Of a DNA stretch of 53,415 nt, positions 1 through 10,405 are shown piece after piece. The DNA comes from a virus (lineage: Duplodnaviria; Caudoviricetes): positions 1 through 53,415 of IMG/VR virus record IMGVR_UViG_3300032087_000658; one strand, 5' to 3'. A model generated the notes under the pieces. It was not told the DNA's origin and did not search any database. It saw only the letters and a list, made by a program, of their open reading frames with translations. Position numbers and translations under genes: made by a program. Numbering within the stretch: position 1 is the first letter of the stretch; every line of letters starts with the position of its first letter.

Positions 1-45
1 TACAACTTCTATTTTATCTTCTATTATTTCTTTTGTTATTGCCAT
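1..45 (-). CDS. 5' part of a small fibre-associated protein (MAITKEIIEDKIEVV...), truncated by the window edge
   Basis: Hand-translated; ATG at 45 with AGGAGA SD upstream; follows the giant fibre gene. Confidence 0.7.
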   Translation of the reverse strand, partial: MAITKEIIEDKIEVV

Positions 46-92
46 TTTTTTCTCCTATGTCCGTACCTAGAATCCACTAGGTATATTAGTTG

Positions 93-3000
93 TTATGATG
101 CTTTATAAATTAAACACCCCAATAAATTACCACCACCTATATCATTATGCGTTGGTATTTGTATGCCTGTTTGTCCATTACTCTTATAAAGGGCAGCAAC
201 ATTAGCACTTGGACTAATTAAAGCATTGTCAGGTTTTGTAGACGAAGACCATTGATTACAATGTAGACCACTTATACTTCCATAATTTTCTGATGTACTA
301 GCTGCTGCAAAAGGTATTCCAGCTATAATTAAACTTTGTGTACCTGTAGCTCCATTTACATTAATATCAATATGAAACCATGCTGTCACTAAATCACCAA
401 CTTTAGTATATGTTCCAACTTGAACTGTATAGGTAGTAGAGCCATCACTTTGAAATGATGGAGTCCAAGTACCTTCTTCATAATCGTCAAGGTCAGAATC
501 CATTTTTATAGCACCTGAAAGGTACAAGTCTTTAAATTTAGCATTAGACCTACCTAAATCAACTACACCATTTGAAGCTGAATTAGTACTTACATTAAAA
601 GGTCTTATTTTATTTTCTGATTCTAAAAATTGTAAAGCAGCACCACCACTTCCTATAGTTAAATCTGTTCCTTCAGTACCAATACTTCCAACTTTTGTAG
701 TGTCTTTATAAAAAATAGCTATTTCACCATCATTAGAAAGTCTGTTAAATTCTGCTGGTGCTGAAGCTGATTTTGTTGCTCTAAATGTGTTATTAGAAGC
801 TAACTCAAAACCTGCTGTAGCTAAAGAACCACTTGAAGTCTTATTCACCAACAAGTTGCCTGAAGAATCAATACGCATGGCTTCTGATGCGTTAGTTGCA
901 AACCTCATATAATTTGCTGTATGTTCGTATTGAATAAATCCTCTATACGCATCATCTCCTGAAGTTCCATCTGCAAAATGAATATTACCTAAATGTGATG
1001 TTCCTGATGCTATCGTGATGCCTGTATGACCAGCAGTGGCTACAACTAAATCGTCTGCGTTTGCTTGATAACTTGAAGGACTATCAGTTCCAATTCCAAC
1101 AGCATTTCCTATGTAAGCATTATTTGAAAGCCAAAGATTAGTAAATTCTAAACTTGAATCTCCTAACTCAACATTATTGTTATAAGCACCAGCAGCATCA
1201 CAAGGTATGATTCTATTGTTATCTTTATCAAACTGTAATCCAAGACCATCAGCAGTAGCAAAAACCATTCTATCGCTATTTACCACACTTATAATACCGA
1301 CATCTGTACCACCATCTTTTATTTTTATATCCCCACCATCTGCATCAAGAATAATATCTCCACCAACATCTAGTGTTAAATCACCACTATCAGAAATAGT
1401 AGAACCATTAATAGTTATATCGTCTACTGTAAGTGTTGATAGAGTTCCAAGACTTGTAATATTAGGTTGAGCTGCTGTAGCTAGTGTGCCTGTAATGTCT
1501 CCTGATACTGATAATGTGCTATCTAATGTGGTTGCACCTGTCACATCAAACGTACCTGCAATATCAATGTTTGTATCTAGTTTTGCACTAGTAACAGCAT
1601 CATCTGCGATTTTTGCAGTAGTTATATTTGCATCAAGTATCTTAGATGTTGTTACGTTGCCATCTACAATCGTACTGGTTGTTACGCTATTTGAAGTCGG
1701 TGCGTTTACAGCAGTTTGTGACATGATAATCACTTCTATTGCTGTAGTACTTACTGGTGCTGTATCAAAAGCTAATGTTGTGCCACTTACTGTATAAGTA
1801 GATTTATTTTGATACACACCATCTACATAAACCTGTGTATTTAATTCACTGGTTGGATTGATGCTTAGTGTAAAGTCGGTTGTTGAACCATCACCTGTGA
1901 AGCTATCTTGTACTATGCTTGAACCTGCAACTGCTGATCTCACATGATAAATAACAATCTTTCTATTATTAACTGGTGCTGTGTCAAATGTAACTGTAGT
2001 ACCACTTGCAACAAAGGTATCTTTGTTTTGATAAACACCATCTATAAAACAGACTAGGTTATCTTCATTGACAATATTGGTGCTGACACTAAATGCTCTA
2101 GTAGAACCATCACCAGTATGATTACTGGTTTCCATAGCTGCTGCACCACCACCTGCAATCGCACCCCATGCACCATTTTGATAACCCTCAAATTCTGCAT
2201 TTGATGAGTTGTATCTAAACATTCCATTAACTGGTGAGCCATTTCTTTGTGCAGTTGTACCTGCTGGAACTTTTATAGAATCTGTACCACTTAATGTTAA
2301 GTTAGCAAATTCAGGACTGTTTGTTGTACCTACAGCTTGACCTATAGAAACTGCTGTACCTGAAACAGAAACTCCTGTACCTGCTGTTAGTGTTGTTATG
2401 TTTGCACTACCATCAAAACTTACACCATTAATTGTTCTAGCTGTTTCAAGGGCAGTCGCAGTAGCAGCGTTTCCTGAAGTGTCTTGTGTTCCTGCTATAT
2501 TAACCCCTGCAAGGTTGATATTAGCTGTACCATCAAAGGAAACCCCACCAATTGTACGAGCAGTAGCAAGAGCAGTAGCTGTATCGGCTAGTGCAATACT
2601 TATATTAGATGAGCCATCAAAACTTGTACCACCGATTGTTCTAGCAGTCTCTAAAGTAGTCGCTGTTGTCGCATTACCTGACAAAGCACCACTAAATGTT
2701 GTTGATGTTAAAACACCTGTTGATGGGTTGTAGTTTAGTCCTGTGTCTGTTTCTAAACCTTGTACACCAGTTGCACCATCTACAAAGGTTAGATAAACAG
2801 TTTCATTGGTTGTGTTGTTAGCAACTACATTTATTTCAGCAATATCAATATTTGCTGTTCCATCAAAAGATGTGCCACCGATATTTCTTGCTGTAGCTAA
2901 AGCTGTAGCTGTATCTGCTACAACACCTGATAAATTATTTATAAAGGTATTTGTTACTCTTGCATCAATAGCAGAGTTTGCTCTTGCATCTGTGTAATAC

Positions 3001-6000
3001 AGATTTGTGTTTTCAGGTACAACAGAAGTATCAAGTGTTGTTGATACAGCTTGATTAGAACCATTACCTAAGAATATTTTTCCGTTATTAAGATTTGGCG
3101 TAGCATTACTTCTTCCAGCACCACCTACTTTTATAGAACCAGCACTTGCGTGTGACCTTTGAACAATACCTATGTTTTGTATTAATGCTGATTCACCTGT
3201 TGGTGCTGTAGCTGTTAAACCACCAGCTGTTGTATTTATAAATAAAGTATCACCAGCACTAAAACTTGATGTATCTAATCCTGATAACGTACCAAAGGTT
3301 ACAACAATTACAGATGCATTAAGGTTAGCATCTGCTTTAGCCAATCCAAAGCTAGGCATTTTATTAGAATCATCTGCATCTGCTTTTGATACGATAGGTG
3401 TATTACCTGATATGCCTGATATGTAAACCGCATCACCTTTTGTTATTGCTTCACCAGCTTGTGCAGAAAATTCTGTAGCACCATTTATATTTCCAATAAT
3501 ATCTGCTGTTACTGTGTTAAAAGTTACATCACTTGTTGTAGATACAGCTTGTCCTATGGCAATAGATGGTGTTGCACCTTCTCCACTATTATTGGCTAAT
3601 GTTACGCCTGTTCCAGCTACAAGACTTTCTACATAGTCACCTGTAGTGTCTGTACCCAAAGCAACACTGTTAGCTTGAATAGTACTGGATATAGAAATAT
3701 TACCAGTACCATCAAATGATGCTGAACCTACTACATCTCCTGCAATCGCTATATCCCTTGCAGTTTCTAATGCTGTAGCAGTAGCAGCATTACCTGTTGT
3801 ATCTTGATTACCAGTTGTATTAACACCTGCTAAATTAATATTTGCTGAACCATCAAAAGAAACACCGCCTATGGTTCTTGCTGTTTCTAAGGTTGTAGCA
3901 GTAGATGCATTGCCTGTTAATGCACCAACAAAAGCTGTAGAGGTTATTGATGTAGCACCTGTTACCACACCTGCATCAATGATAATAGTTCCATCTAAAA
4001 CAATCTGCTGACCTGTGAGAGGATTAATATTTAGGTCTGTTCCAGCAGTACTAGATATTGTATTACCATTGATGTTGATGTTATCAACTTGTAAAGCAGT
4101 CAAAGTACCAAGACTTGTTATATTACCTTGTGCTGCTGTTTGGATTGTACCTGTTAAATCACCTGTGATATTTCCTTCAAAATTAGCTACTAAAGTTGCT
4201 GTTTGATATCCAGTTCCACTTATATTAACTGTGTTAGTTGGTTCAACTTCTAATAATTCAAAGAGTTTGTATTTGGCATCATTAGTATCTCTAAATAAAC
4301 CAGTAAACTGATTGGTAGAGCCTGATGCTCTGTATTGACCATAAAAACCAATATCTAAAGAATTAGCTGTATTATCTTTTGCTAATTTAATTAATGGGTC
4401 TGTAACTGCTAACGTCTGTGTATCAACTGTGGTGGTTGTTCCGTTTACAGTTAAATCACCTGAGATCGTTACATCATTTGGTAAACCTATAGTTATAGTT
4501 GCAGATTCACTTCCTGAACCTGACACTTCTATTTCATTAGCTGTGCCTGTTACTGTAGCAATATAATTACCAGTAGTGTCTGTTCCAAGAGCCACGCTGT
4601 TTGGTTGAATTGTTGTACTTAGGCTTATGTTACCTGTTCCGTCAAAACTAACGCCTGAAGCCACGACATCACCTGCTAGGGCAATTGTACGACCTGTTTC
4701 TAAAGCTGTAGCTGTTGAAGCATTTCCAGTAAGAGCAGCAGTTACTGTTCCAAACGTAACATCATCTGTAGTGCCTACTGCTTGACCGATTGATATAGTT
4801 GGAGTTGCTGTTTCACCACTATTGTTTGCTAATGCGATACCTGTTCCTGCAACTAAACTAGAAACATAATTACCAGTGGTATCTGTACCTAATGCAACTG
4901 AATTAGCTTGTATGGTTGTAGATATTGATATTCCTGCTGTGCCATCAAAATTAGCAGTACCAACAACATCACCTGATAGTGCTATGGCTCTTGCTGTCTC
5001 TAATGCTGTTGCTGTGCTTGAATTACCAACTAAAGCACCTGTTACCTGATTAAAGACAACGTCATCACCTGTACCTACACTTTGACCAATCGCAAAGGTT
5101 ACACCATTACCTGAAGCTGTACTTGTTACACCAGTACCACCGAGCAGTGATAATGTTTCAGAATCAAGGTCAATGGCTATAGTTGATGTACCATCTGTAA
5201 TATCTAGGTCTTGTGCAGTAACTTGACTATCTACGTAGGTTTTAATTGCTTTTGCTGATGCAATTGTTGTATCCGTAGCAGCAACACTTGTGAGATCAGT
5301 ATCCAATACACCTGATTTAAGATTATCTACCTCTATGTTAGAAACTGTGTTGTTATCTACATCAATTGTTTTGTTTGTTAAGGTTTGTGTACCAGTTAAA
5401 GTAGCTACTGTAGAATCAATAGCAAAAGTAACACCATTTCCTGATGCTGTGGAATCTATACCTGTTCCACCTAATAAAGATAAAGTCTCACTATCTAAGT
5501 CTATTGATATGTCTGTAGAGCCATCTGATACATCTAAATCCTGTGCTGTGACCTGTGAATCAACATAAGCCTTAATTGATTGTTGTGAAGCAACCTTTGT
5601 AGCTGAATTAGATGACATATCATCTTCATCTAAAAATGCACTACCTGATAAAGCTGTATTCAGTACTGGACTGTTTAAAACTGGACTTGTAAGAGTTTTG
5701 TTTGTAAGTGTAGCTGTTGTACCTGATATATAAGTATCAAGCCTTGTTACAGCAATTTGTTTCATAGTTCCGTTGTCATTTACTATGAATTGGTCTGCAT
5801 CAACAATTACTACAGAACTTGCACTGGTATCACCATCTAAAACATTTATTTCTGTGCCTGTTGTTGTGATTACAGTTGAACCATTAATTTTTGGTGATGT
5901 TAGAGTTTTATTAGTTAAAGTATCAGTGGTTGCACGACCAACAAGGGTGTCTGTTGATGTTGGTAGTGTTAATGTACCTGTATTACTTATCTGTGCAATT

Positions 6001-6908
6001 ACTGGTGTAGTAAGTGTCTTATTTGTTAGTGTCTGTGAGCCTGTAAGCGTTACTACGCTATTATCTATAGCAAGTGTTATGTTATTACCACTTAGACTAC
6101 TAGTTAAACCTGTGCCACCTAAGATGCCTAATACTTCTGAATCTAAATCTATAGAACCATTATTAGAACCATCTGTAATGTCTAAATCTTCAGCAGTTAT
6201 AGCAGATTCTACAAATGCTTTGATAGATTGTTGTGATGCTACTGCTGTTGCACTATTTGATGAGAAATCGTCTTCATCTAAGAAAGCTGTACCTGATAAT
6301 GTGCCATTGAGTACTGGTGAAGTTAAGGTAGGTGATGTTAGTGTCTTACTGGTAAGGGTTTGGGTGTCTGTGAGGGTTACAACAGTTGCATCAATAGCAA
6401 AAGTTACATTGTTACCACTTGCAGTAGAACTGATACCAACACCACCTAATAAACCTAGTGTTTCGCTATCTAAATCAATAGCAATAGTGGTTGTTCCGTC
6501 TGTAATATCTAAATCTTGTAAAGTTACCTGTGCATCTACGTAACTTTTTATACTTTGTTGAGTAGCTAATGCAGTATTACTGTCACTAGCCATATTATCT
6601 TCATCTAATATGGTAGTTACAGTTGTACCACCACCATTTAGTTGTAAGTTATAAATCTTTTGTGTTAATGCTTGTGCTTCTGTTGTATCTGAAGCAGTCC
6701 ATGTTGTGTTTGCATTATCATATATAAGAACAGCACCATTGTTAGTTGCACCTGCTGTATTTTGGTCAATACCTCTACCCATAATAGCACTAGGACCAGC
6801 AAGTCCTTGTGTACCTACAGTGGTTACTGTTATACCACTTGTGCTAGTTATTTCTATTTGATTTACAGTACTAACACTTGTGATTGTTATAGAGTCTACA
6901 GTACTCAT
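93..6908 (-). CDS. Giant repetitive virion fibre protein, 2271 aa
   Basis: T/S/G/A-rich; LDEDxxxSNSxTxxASQQSIK, QTLTNKTLT and GNAxTATALETARxI repeats; MRIDSSG repeat; C-terminal DDYEEGTWTP...YTKVG domain typical of phage fibres. Confidence 0.85.
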   Translation of the reverse strand: MSTVDSITITSVSTVNQIEITSTSGITVTTVGTQGLAGPSAIMGRGIDQNTAGATNNGAVLIYDNANTTWTASDTTEAQALTQKIYNLQLNGGGTTVTTILDEDNMASDSNTALATQQSIKSYVDAQVTLQDLDITDGTTTIAIDLDSETLGLLGGVGISSTASGNNVTFAIDATVVTLTDTQTLTSKTLTSPTLTSPVLNGTLSGTAFLDEDDFSSNSATAVASQQSIKAFVESAITAEDLDITDGSNNGSIDLDSEVLGILGGTGLTSSLSGNNITLAIDNSVVTLTGSQTLTNKTLTTPVIAQISNTGTLTLPTSTDTLVGRATTDTLTNKTLTSPKINGSTVITTTGTEINVLDGDTSASSVVIVDADQFIVNDNGTMKQIAVTRLDTYISGTTATLTNKTLTSPVLNSPVLNTALSGSAFLDEDDMSSNSATKVASQQSIKAYVDSQVTAQDLDVSDGSTDISIDLDSETLSLLGGTGIDSTASGNGVTFAIDSTVATLTGTQTLTNKTIDVDNNTVSNIEVDNLKSGVLDTDLTSVAATDTTIASAKAIKTYVDSQVTAQDLDITDGTSTIAIDLDSETLSLLGGTGVTSTASGNGVTFAIGQSVGTGDDVVFNQVTGALVGNSSTATALETARAIALSGDVVGTANFDGTAGISISTTIQANSVALGTDTTGNYVSSLVAGTGIALANNSGETATPTISIGQAVGTTDDVTFGTVTAALTGNASTATALETGRTIALAGDVVASGVSFDGTGNISLSTTIQPNSVALGTDTTGNYIATVTGTANEIEVSGSGSESATITIGLPNDVTISGDLTVNGTTTTVDTQTLAVTDPLIKLAKDNTANSLDIGFYGQYRASGSTNQFTGLFRDTNDAKYKLFELLEVEPTNTVNISGTGYQTATLVANFEGNITGDLTGTIQTAAQGNITSLGTLTALQVDNININGNTISSTAGTDLNINPLTGQQIVLDGTIIIDAGVVTGATSITSTAFVGALTGNASTATTLETARTIGGVSFDGSANINLAGVNTTGNQDTTGNAATATALETARDIAIAGDVVGSASFDGTGNISISSTIQANSVALGTDTTGDYVESLVAGTGVTLANNSGEGATPSIAIGQAVSTTSDVTFNTVTADIIGNINGATEFSAQAGEAITKGDAVYISGISGNTPIVSKADADDSNKMPSFGLAKADANLNASVIVVTFGTLSGLDTSSFSAGDTLFINTTAGGLTATAPTGESALIQNIGIVQRSHASAGSIKVGGAGRSNATPNLNNGKIFLGNGSNQAVSTTLDTSVVPENTNLYYTDARANSAIDARVTNTFINNLSGVVADTATALATARNIGGTSFDGTANIDIAEINVVANNTTNETVYLTFVDGATGVQGLETDTGLNYNPSTGVLTSTTFSGALSGNATTATTLETARTIGGTSFDGSSNISIALADTATALATARTIGGVSFDGTANINLAGVNIAGTQDTSGNAATATALETARTINGVSFDGSANITTLTAGTGVSVSGTAVSIGQAVGTTNSPEFANLTLSGTDSIKVPAGTTAQRNGSPVNGMFRYNSSNAEFEGYQNGAWGAIAGGGAAAMETSNHTGDGSTRAFSVSTNIVNEDNLVCFIDGVYQNKDTFVASGTTVTFDTAPVNNRKIVIYHVRSAVAGSSIVQDSFTGDGSTTDFTLSINPTSELNTQVYVDGVYQNKSTYTVSGTTLAFDTAPVSTTAIEVIIMSQTAVNAPTSNSVTTSTIVDGNVTTSKILDANITTAKIADDAVTSAKLDTNIDIAGTFDVTGATTLDSTLSVSGDITGTLATAAQPNITSLGTLSTLTVDDITINGSTISDSGDLTLDVGGDIILDADGGDIKIKDGGTDVGIISVVNSDRMVFATADGLGLQFDKDNNRIIPCDAAGAYNNNVELGDSSLEFTNLWLSNNAYIGNAVGIGTDSPSSYQANADDLVVATAGHTGITIASGTSHLGNIHFADGTSGDDAYRGFIQYEHTANYMRFATNASEAMRIDSSGNLLVNKTSSGSLATAGFELASNNTFRATKSASAPAEFNRLSNDGEIAIFYKDTTKVGSIGTEGTDLTIGSGGAALQFLESENKIRPFNVSTNSASNGVVDLGRSNAKFKDLYLSGAIKMDSDLDDYEEGTWTPSFQSDGSTTYTVQVGTYTKVGDLVTAWFHIDINVNGATGTQSLIIAGIPFAAASTSENYGSISGLHCNQWSSSTKPDNALISPSANVAALYKSNGQTGIQIPTHNDIGGGNLLGCLIYKAS

Positions 6909-7255
6909 GTTGTAATGTTCCTTCTTATACTATAAGTACCTTCTATTAACCTTGTAACAACAGCAGCACCACTTTCTATTTCTAAATCAAACACACCATC
7001 ATCAGGTTCTAAACCTGCTGTATCTGTTGCACTTATATTTAATGTGACTGTTCCTGCATCTCCATCTATTGTCATACGACCATTAGATGTTGTTAAGGAA
7101 AGGACTGTATCGGTTGCTGTTGGGCTTTCTCTAAGTGTCATACGACCAGTAAAGCCTATTAAACTGACTGTTGAACCTGCTGAATCTTTAAGCGTTAGTG
7201 TCTGACCAAATGTTGCACCCTGCTCTATTATAAAATGATGATATCCTGCACTCAT
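6905..7255 (-). CDS. Small beta-rich virion structural or fibre-attachment protein
   Basis: IEQGATF...FDLEI...RLIEG pattern common upstream of fibre genes; overlaps the fibre start. Confidence 0.6.
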   Translation of the reverse strand: MSAGYHHFIIEQGATFGQTLTLKDSAGSTVSLIGFTGRMTLRESPTATDTVLSLTTSNGRMTIDGDAGTVTLNISATDTAGLEPDDGVFDLEIESGAAVVTRLIEGTYSIRRNITT

Positions 7256-7307
7256 AAAAACTTCCTATAAATTGCATGGTATCTACCATTTAGCTTCTGC
7301 TTCGTTA

Positions 7308-7316
7308 ATCATAACA
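7308..7316 (-). promoter_or_regulatory. Extended -10 promoter candidate (TGTTATGAT) for the fibre genes
   Basis: TGnTAnnnT in the intergenic gap; same 9-mer at 31623-31631. Confidence 0.45.
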
Positions 7317-7325
7317 AAGAATTTA

Positions 7326-7694
7326 TTAAGTTGCTTTCTTTGTTGTTTTCTTTTTAGTAGTTTTCTTTTTTGCAGTAGTTTTTTTCTTTGGTGCTTCTCC
7401 ACCTTCCCATGCTTCGTTTACATCAGGAGTAGTAGGGTCATCACCAACTAATTGACCTTTATCATTTCTTGCTCTTTTGATTTCTTTAACTTCTGCTTGA
7501 ACATCTAATGTTTCTTGTACAGAATCTACTTTGATCTCTATTGCCCAACCATTTTCAACAAAAGTATCCATGATTTCTTCTTGCCACTTACCTGCTGATT
7601 CAACGATATCATCTGCTTTGTGCAAAATCATTTCAGTAGCTTGTTCATCTGCTATTGCTGGTTTAGGAACTAATATTTTAAATTTTCTTGCCAT
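7326..7694 (-). CDS. Hypothetical head-region protein with Lys-rich C-terminus
   Basis: ATG at 7694 after AGGTGAG; RARNDKGQLVGDDPTTPDVNEAW motif; KKKTT tail. Confidence 0.7.
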   Translation of the reverse strand: MARKFKILVPKPAIADEQATEMILHKADDIVESAGKWQEEIMDTFVENGWAIEIKVDSVQETLDVQAEVKEIKRARNDKGQLVGDDPTTPDVNEAWEGGEAPKKKTTAKKKTTKKKTTKKAT

Positions 7695-7707
7695 TTTTCT
7701 CACCTAT

Positions 7708-7729
7708 TAAAGGGGGGTTTTCACCCCCC
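7708..7729 (-). terminator. Intrinsic terminator after the capsid genes
   Basis: GGGGGGT-GAAA-ACCCCCC hairpin followed by TTTAA on the minus strand. Confidence 0.75.
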
Positions 7730-7743
7730 AAGAGTTTCCTCAA

Positions 7744-8205
7744 TTAAGCGTTATGCTTGACGTTAGATACTGGAGCATTTCTAGGTCTGCTCTTAATAAT
7801 CATTCCACTGATTGGTGTACCAGTTGAATGTGTTCCAGCTTTAGCTAGAACTAGTCTTACATATCTCTTACCACCAACATAACCAACTTGCCATGTATCA
7901 CCTGCGGTGTCAGGGTCACCACCTGTTGTACCATCAAGTTTTAACCAAATACCACCAGCAGCAATTGTGCCATTGACGATATCAGCTTGTACACAGTCTG
8001 TATAAGTTGAATCATCATCAGAATGCTCTAATGACACTTCAAAATATACTGAAGAAGAAAGTGTGTCACCTTCTGCTCCAACGCTGACTACAGCAGTTGC
8101 TTCTTCAAAACCTTGTAAATCAATACCAGTGCCATTGGCAGCAGCAGTCTTTACTCCGTTTATGATTGAGTTACCTATTGAAATATTATTTGATAAATCT
8201 TGCAT
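7744..8205 (-). CDS. Putative capsid decoration or cement protein
   Basis: Directly after the MCP; GIDLQGFE...LEHSDD...VGYVGGKRYVR beta-sandwich pattern. Confidence 0.6.
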   Translation of the reverse strand: MQDLSNNISIGNSIINGVKTAAANGTGIDLQGFEEATAVVSVGAEGDTLSSSVYFEVSLEHSDDDSTYTDCVQADIVNGTIAAGGIWLKLDGTTGGDPDTAGDTWQVGYVGGKRYVRLVLAKAGTHSTGTPISGMIIKSRPRNAPVSNVKHNA

Positions 8206-8219
8206 TAGTTACTCCTTGC

Positions 8220-9434
8220 TTAAGCTGTTACTTTTAGTTTATTAATAGCTTCAGGAAGAACCACTTGACCACCAACTCTTCTTCTAGCGATGTATCTTAC
8301 ATTACCAGTTGTAGCTTGTGTGAATGGGTCTCTTAAAACTGCCAAAGATACTCTATCAACAATCATGTATGCTCTTCTAAAGTCACCATAAGCAACTGGG
8401 AAAGCATTTTGTGCGATAGAAGCCATGTCTGTAGCTTCCACATATGGTTGACCAAGAATAGTATTTACCATACCACCTTGTAATGTCATACCTGCTTGGA
8501 ATACATACTGACCAGCTGTATCTTTTAGTTTTCTGATTGCAGAAAGTGTGCTTCTGTTAAATACAAAAGTACCATTTCTACCATAATCACTCTTGATGTT
8601 ATGCACTAATGTGATTAGGTTATCAGCAGTAATTGCTGTGTTAGAACCTGAATCAATTGATGCAACACTTGAGTTTGTCATAAAGCCTTCAGGCTTACCA
8701 ACAGCATTACCACTTACAAAAGCAGCACCTTCAGCTTTTGCAAATTGCTCTGCAAATTCTGATTGCATTTCTGCTTCTAAGTCAAAAACTGAATCCTCTA
8801 AGTCTTGCTCAGAAATATCTACTAAAGCGTATTGCTCATGTGCAGGTAGTTCTTCAAGACCAACAGTGTATCCTTCAGTTTCACTTCTTGTTCCACTTTC
8901 AGCTACCCATTGTGCAGAGAATTGACCAGTTCTTTTTGGTATTTGTATGCTTCTAGCACCTGTGCTTCTGATTCTTGCAATACTTCTGATTGGAGATATT
9001 TCAGTAACATCTTTAATCAGCTCTCTTACATATTCAGGTGGTGCTAAATAACCACCAGTTGAATCATTGCTTACAGTTAATGCTTTTCTTTCTTCAGGAG
9101 CAAGACCTTCAAGTCCTTTCCTGCAGTAAGTATCAAACGCATTCATATACTCATCTACTTGCTTCGTATCAAAACCTGAGTTTGGTCTTCTTATGACTGT
9201 CTCTAGTTTTTCAATTTGGCTTTTGATATTTTCAGCGTTAGCTTCAGCAGTCGTTAATTTTTGATTAATGTCTTCATAAGAATCCATCTTAGCTTCTAAA
9301 TTAGCTAATTTCTCATCTACATATGCTGTACCTTCGCCTTTTTCTATGCTTTCAATTCTTTGGTCATTTACTTTTTTAAATTCTTCAAAAGTTCTGCCCA
9401 TTTCTTGAATAGCATTTTTTATATCTTCCGACAT
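8220..9434 (-). CDS. HK97-family major capsid protein
   Basis: Coiled-coil delta domain; GGYLAPPE, WVAE, AFVSGNAVGKPEG, GDFRRAY, RRVGG motifs. Confidence 0.97.
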   Translation of the reverse strand: MSEDIKNAIQEMGRTFEEFKKVNDQRIESIEKGEGTAYVDEKLANLEAKMDSYEDINQKLTTAEANAENIKSQIEKLETVIRRPNSGFDTKQVDEYMNAFDTYCRKGLEGLAPEERKALTVSNDSTGGYLAPPEYVRELIKDVTEISPIRSIARIRSTGARSIQIPKRTGQFSAQWVAESGTRSETEGYTVGLEELPAHEQYALVDISEQDLEDSVFDLEAEMQSEFAEQFAKAEGAAFVSGNAVGKPEGFMTNSSVASIDSGSNTAITADNLITLVHNIKSDYGRNGTFVFNRSTLSAIRKLKDTAGQYVFQAGMTLQGGMVNTILGQPYVEATDMASIAQNAFPVAYGDFRRAYMIVDRVSLAVLRDPFTQATTGNVRYIARRRVGGQVVLPEAINKLKVTA

Positions 9435-9446
9435 AATTGTCTCCTA

Positions 9447-10379
9447 TTAAGATTTTAAGGTTAAAGTTAAGTTTTTTATGGCATCTACCAATTCAGCATT
9501 TGTATCAACATCACGTTGACCGAATGCATCAGTGACTGCTTTTGCAGCCATCTTTGCTTCTGAACGAGAAAGACTGAAGGCATCACGCATTCCATTTTCC
9601 CACTCTCTAATAGATATATCTTCACCTTTCACTGAACGAACAGTTGCCTGAGGGTTCATGGGAAAAGTTACTAACGATACTTCCATTAAATCTACTTCTT
9701 TGATAATACGTTTGTTACCACGTTTATCATATGAAACTTCTTTTGGGTTTACTCTAAAGCCTATGGATAGACCATCTAATGCACCCATTTTTAATAATTC
9801 GTATGCTTCTGCACCTGCTTGTGTTTTAAGTGCTAATCTACCCTTAACAACAAGACCATGTTCATCTTCTTTTATCTCATCAAAGACACCAATAGGCATA
9901 TCAGACTTGTGCTGATATAAAAGTTTTACGTTTTGTGGTTTTCTTCGTTTTAGGGATTTTAAAAAAGCACCTCTTTCAATAACATCATTACCTAAATCTT
10001 TGTTACCAAATACAGAACCATACCCTTCAAAAGTACCATAGTTCTTATCTTCATCTTCATCATGATAGGCTTTGATGCTTGACTTGATCTCTATGGATTC
10101 TTTTTCTTCTTCTTTAGAAGCTGTTTCATCAACAGTCTCTTCAGAATCAAGTTTGCTTTTGCCAAATTCTATAATGTAAGAGTCATCTGTTTCTTCTACT
10201 GCTCTTATATGTTTTTCATCATTCTCAATAGAATCTTCTTTGTTTGAATCGTACTGGCTAGTACAGACAGCTAATCGTTGGTTGGAATCAGTATATTCAC
10301 TCGCCATAGTCTTGTCTCCCATACATCTTTTTAAAAAACTTTGCCTAGACTCATTATTTTTAGGTTTAGGTATAGGCAT
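9447..10379 (-). CDS. HK97-family prohead protease with N-terminal extension
   Basis: FEGYGSVFGNKD, LLYQH, GLSIGF, EVSLVTFPMN motifs. Confidence 0.95.
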   Translation of the reverse strand: MPIPKPKNNESRQSFLKRCMGDKTMASEYTDSNQRLAVCTSQYDSNKEDSIENDEKHIRAVEETDDSYIIEFGKSKLDSEETVDETASKEEEKESIEIKSSIKAYHDEDEDKNYGTFEGYGSVFGNKDLGNDVIERGAFLKSLKRRKPQNVKLLYQHKSDMPIGVFDEIKEDEHGLVVKGRLALKTQAGAEAYELLKMGALDGLSIGFRVNPKEVSYDKRGNKRIIKEVDLMEVSLVTFPMNPQATVRSVKGEDISIREWENGMRDAFSLSRSEAKMAAKAVTDAFGQRDVDTNAELVDAIKNLTLTLKS

Positions 10380-10405
10380 ATTATCTATATATAGTACATC
10401 ATGGA

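Noticed and set aside
1207-6543. Many plus-strand ORFs inside the giant fibre gene
   Set aside because: Antisense shadows of Thr/Ala/Gly-rich codons
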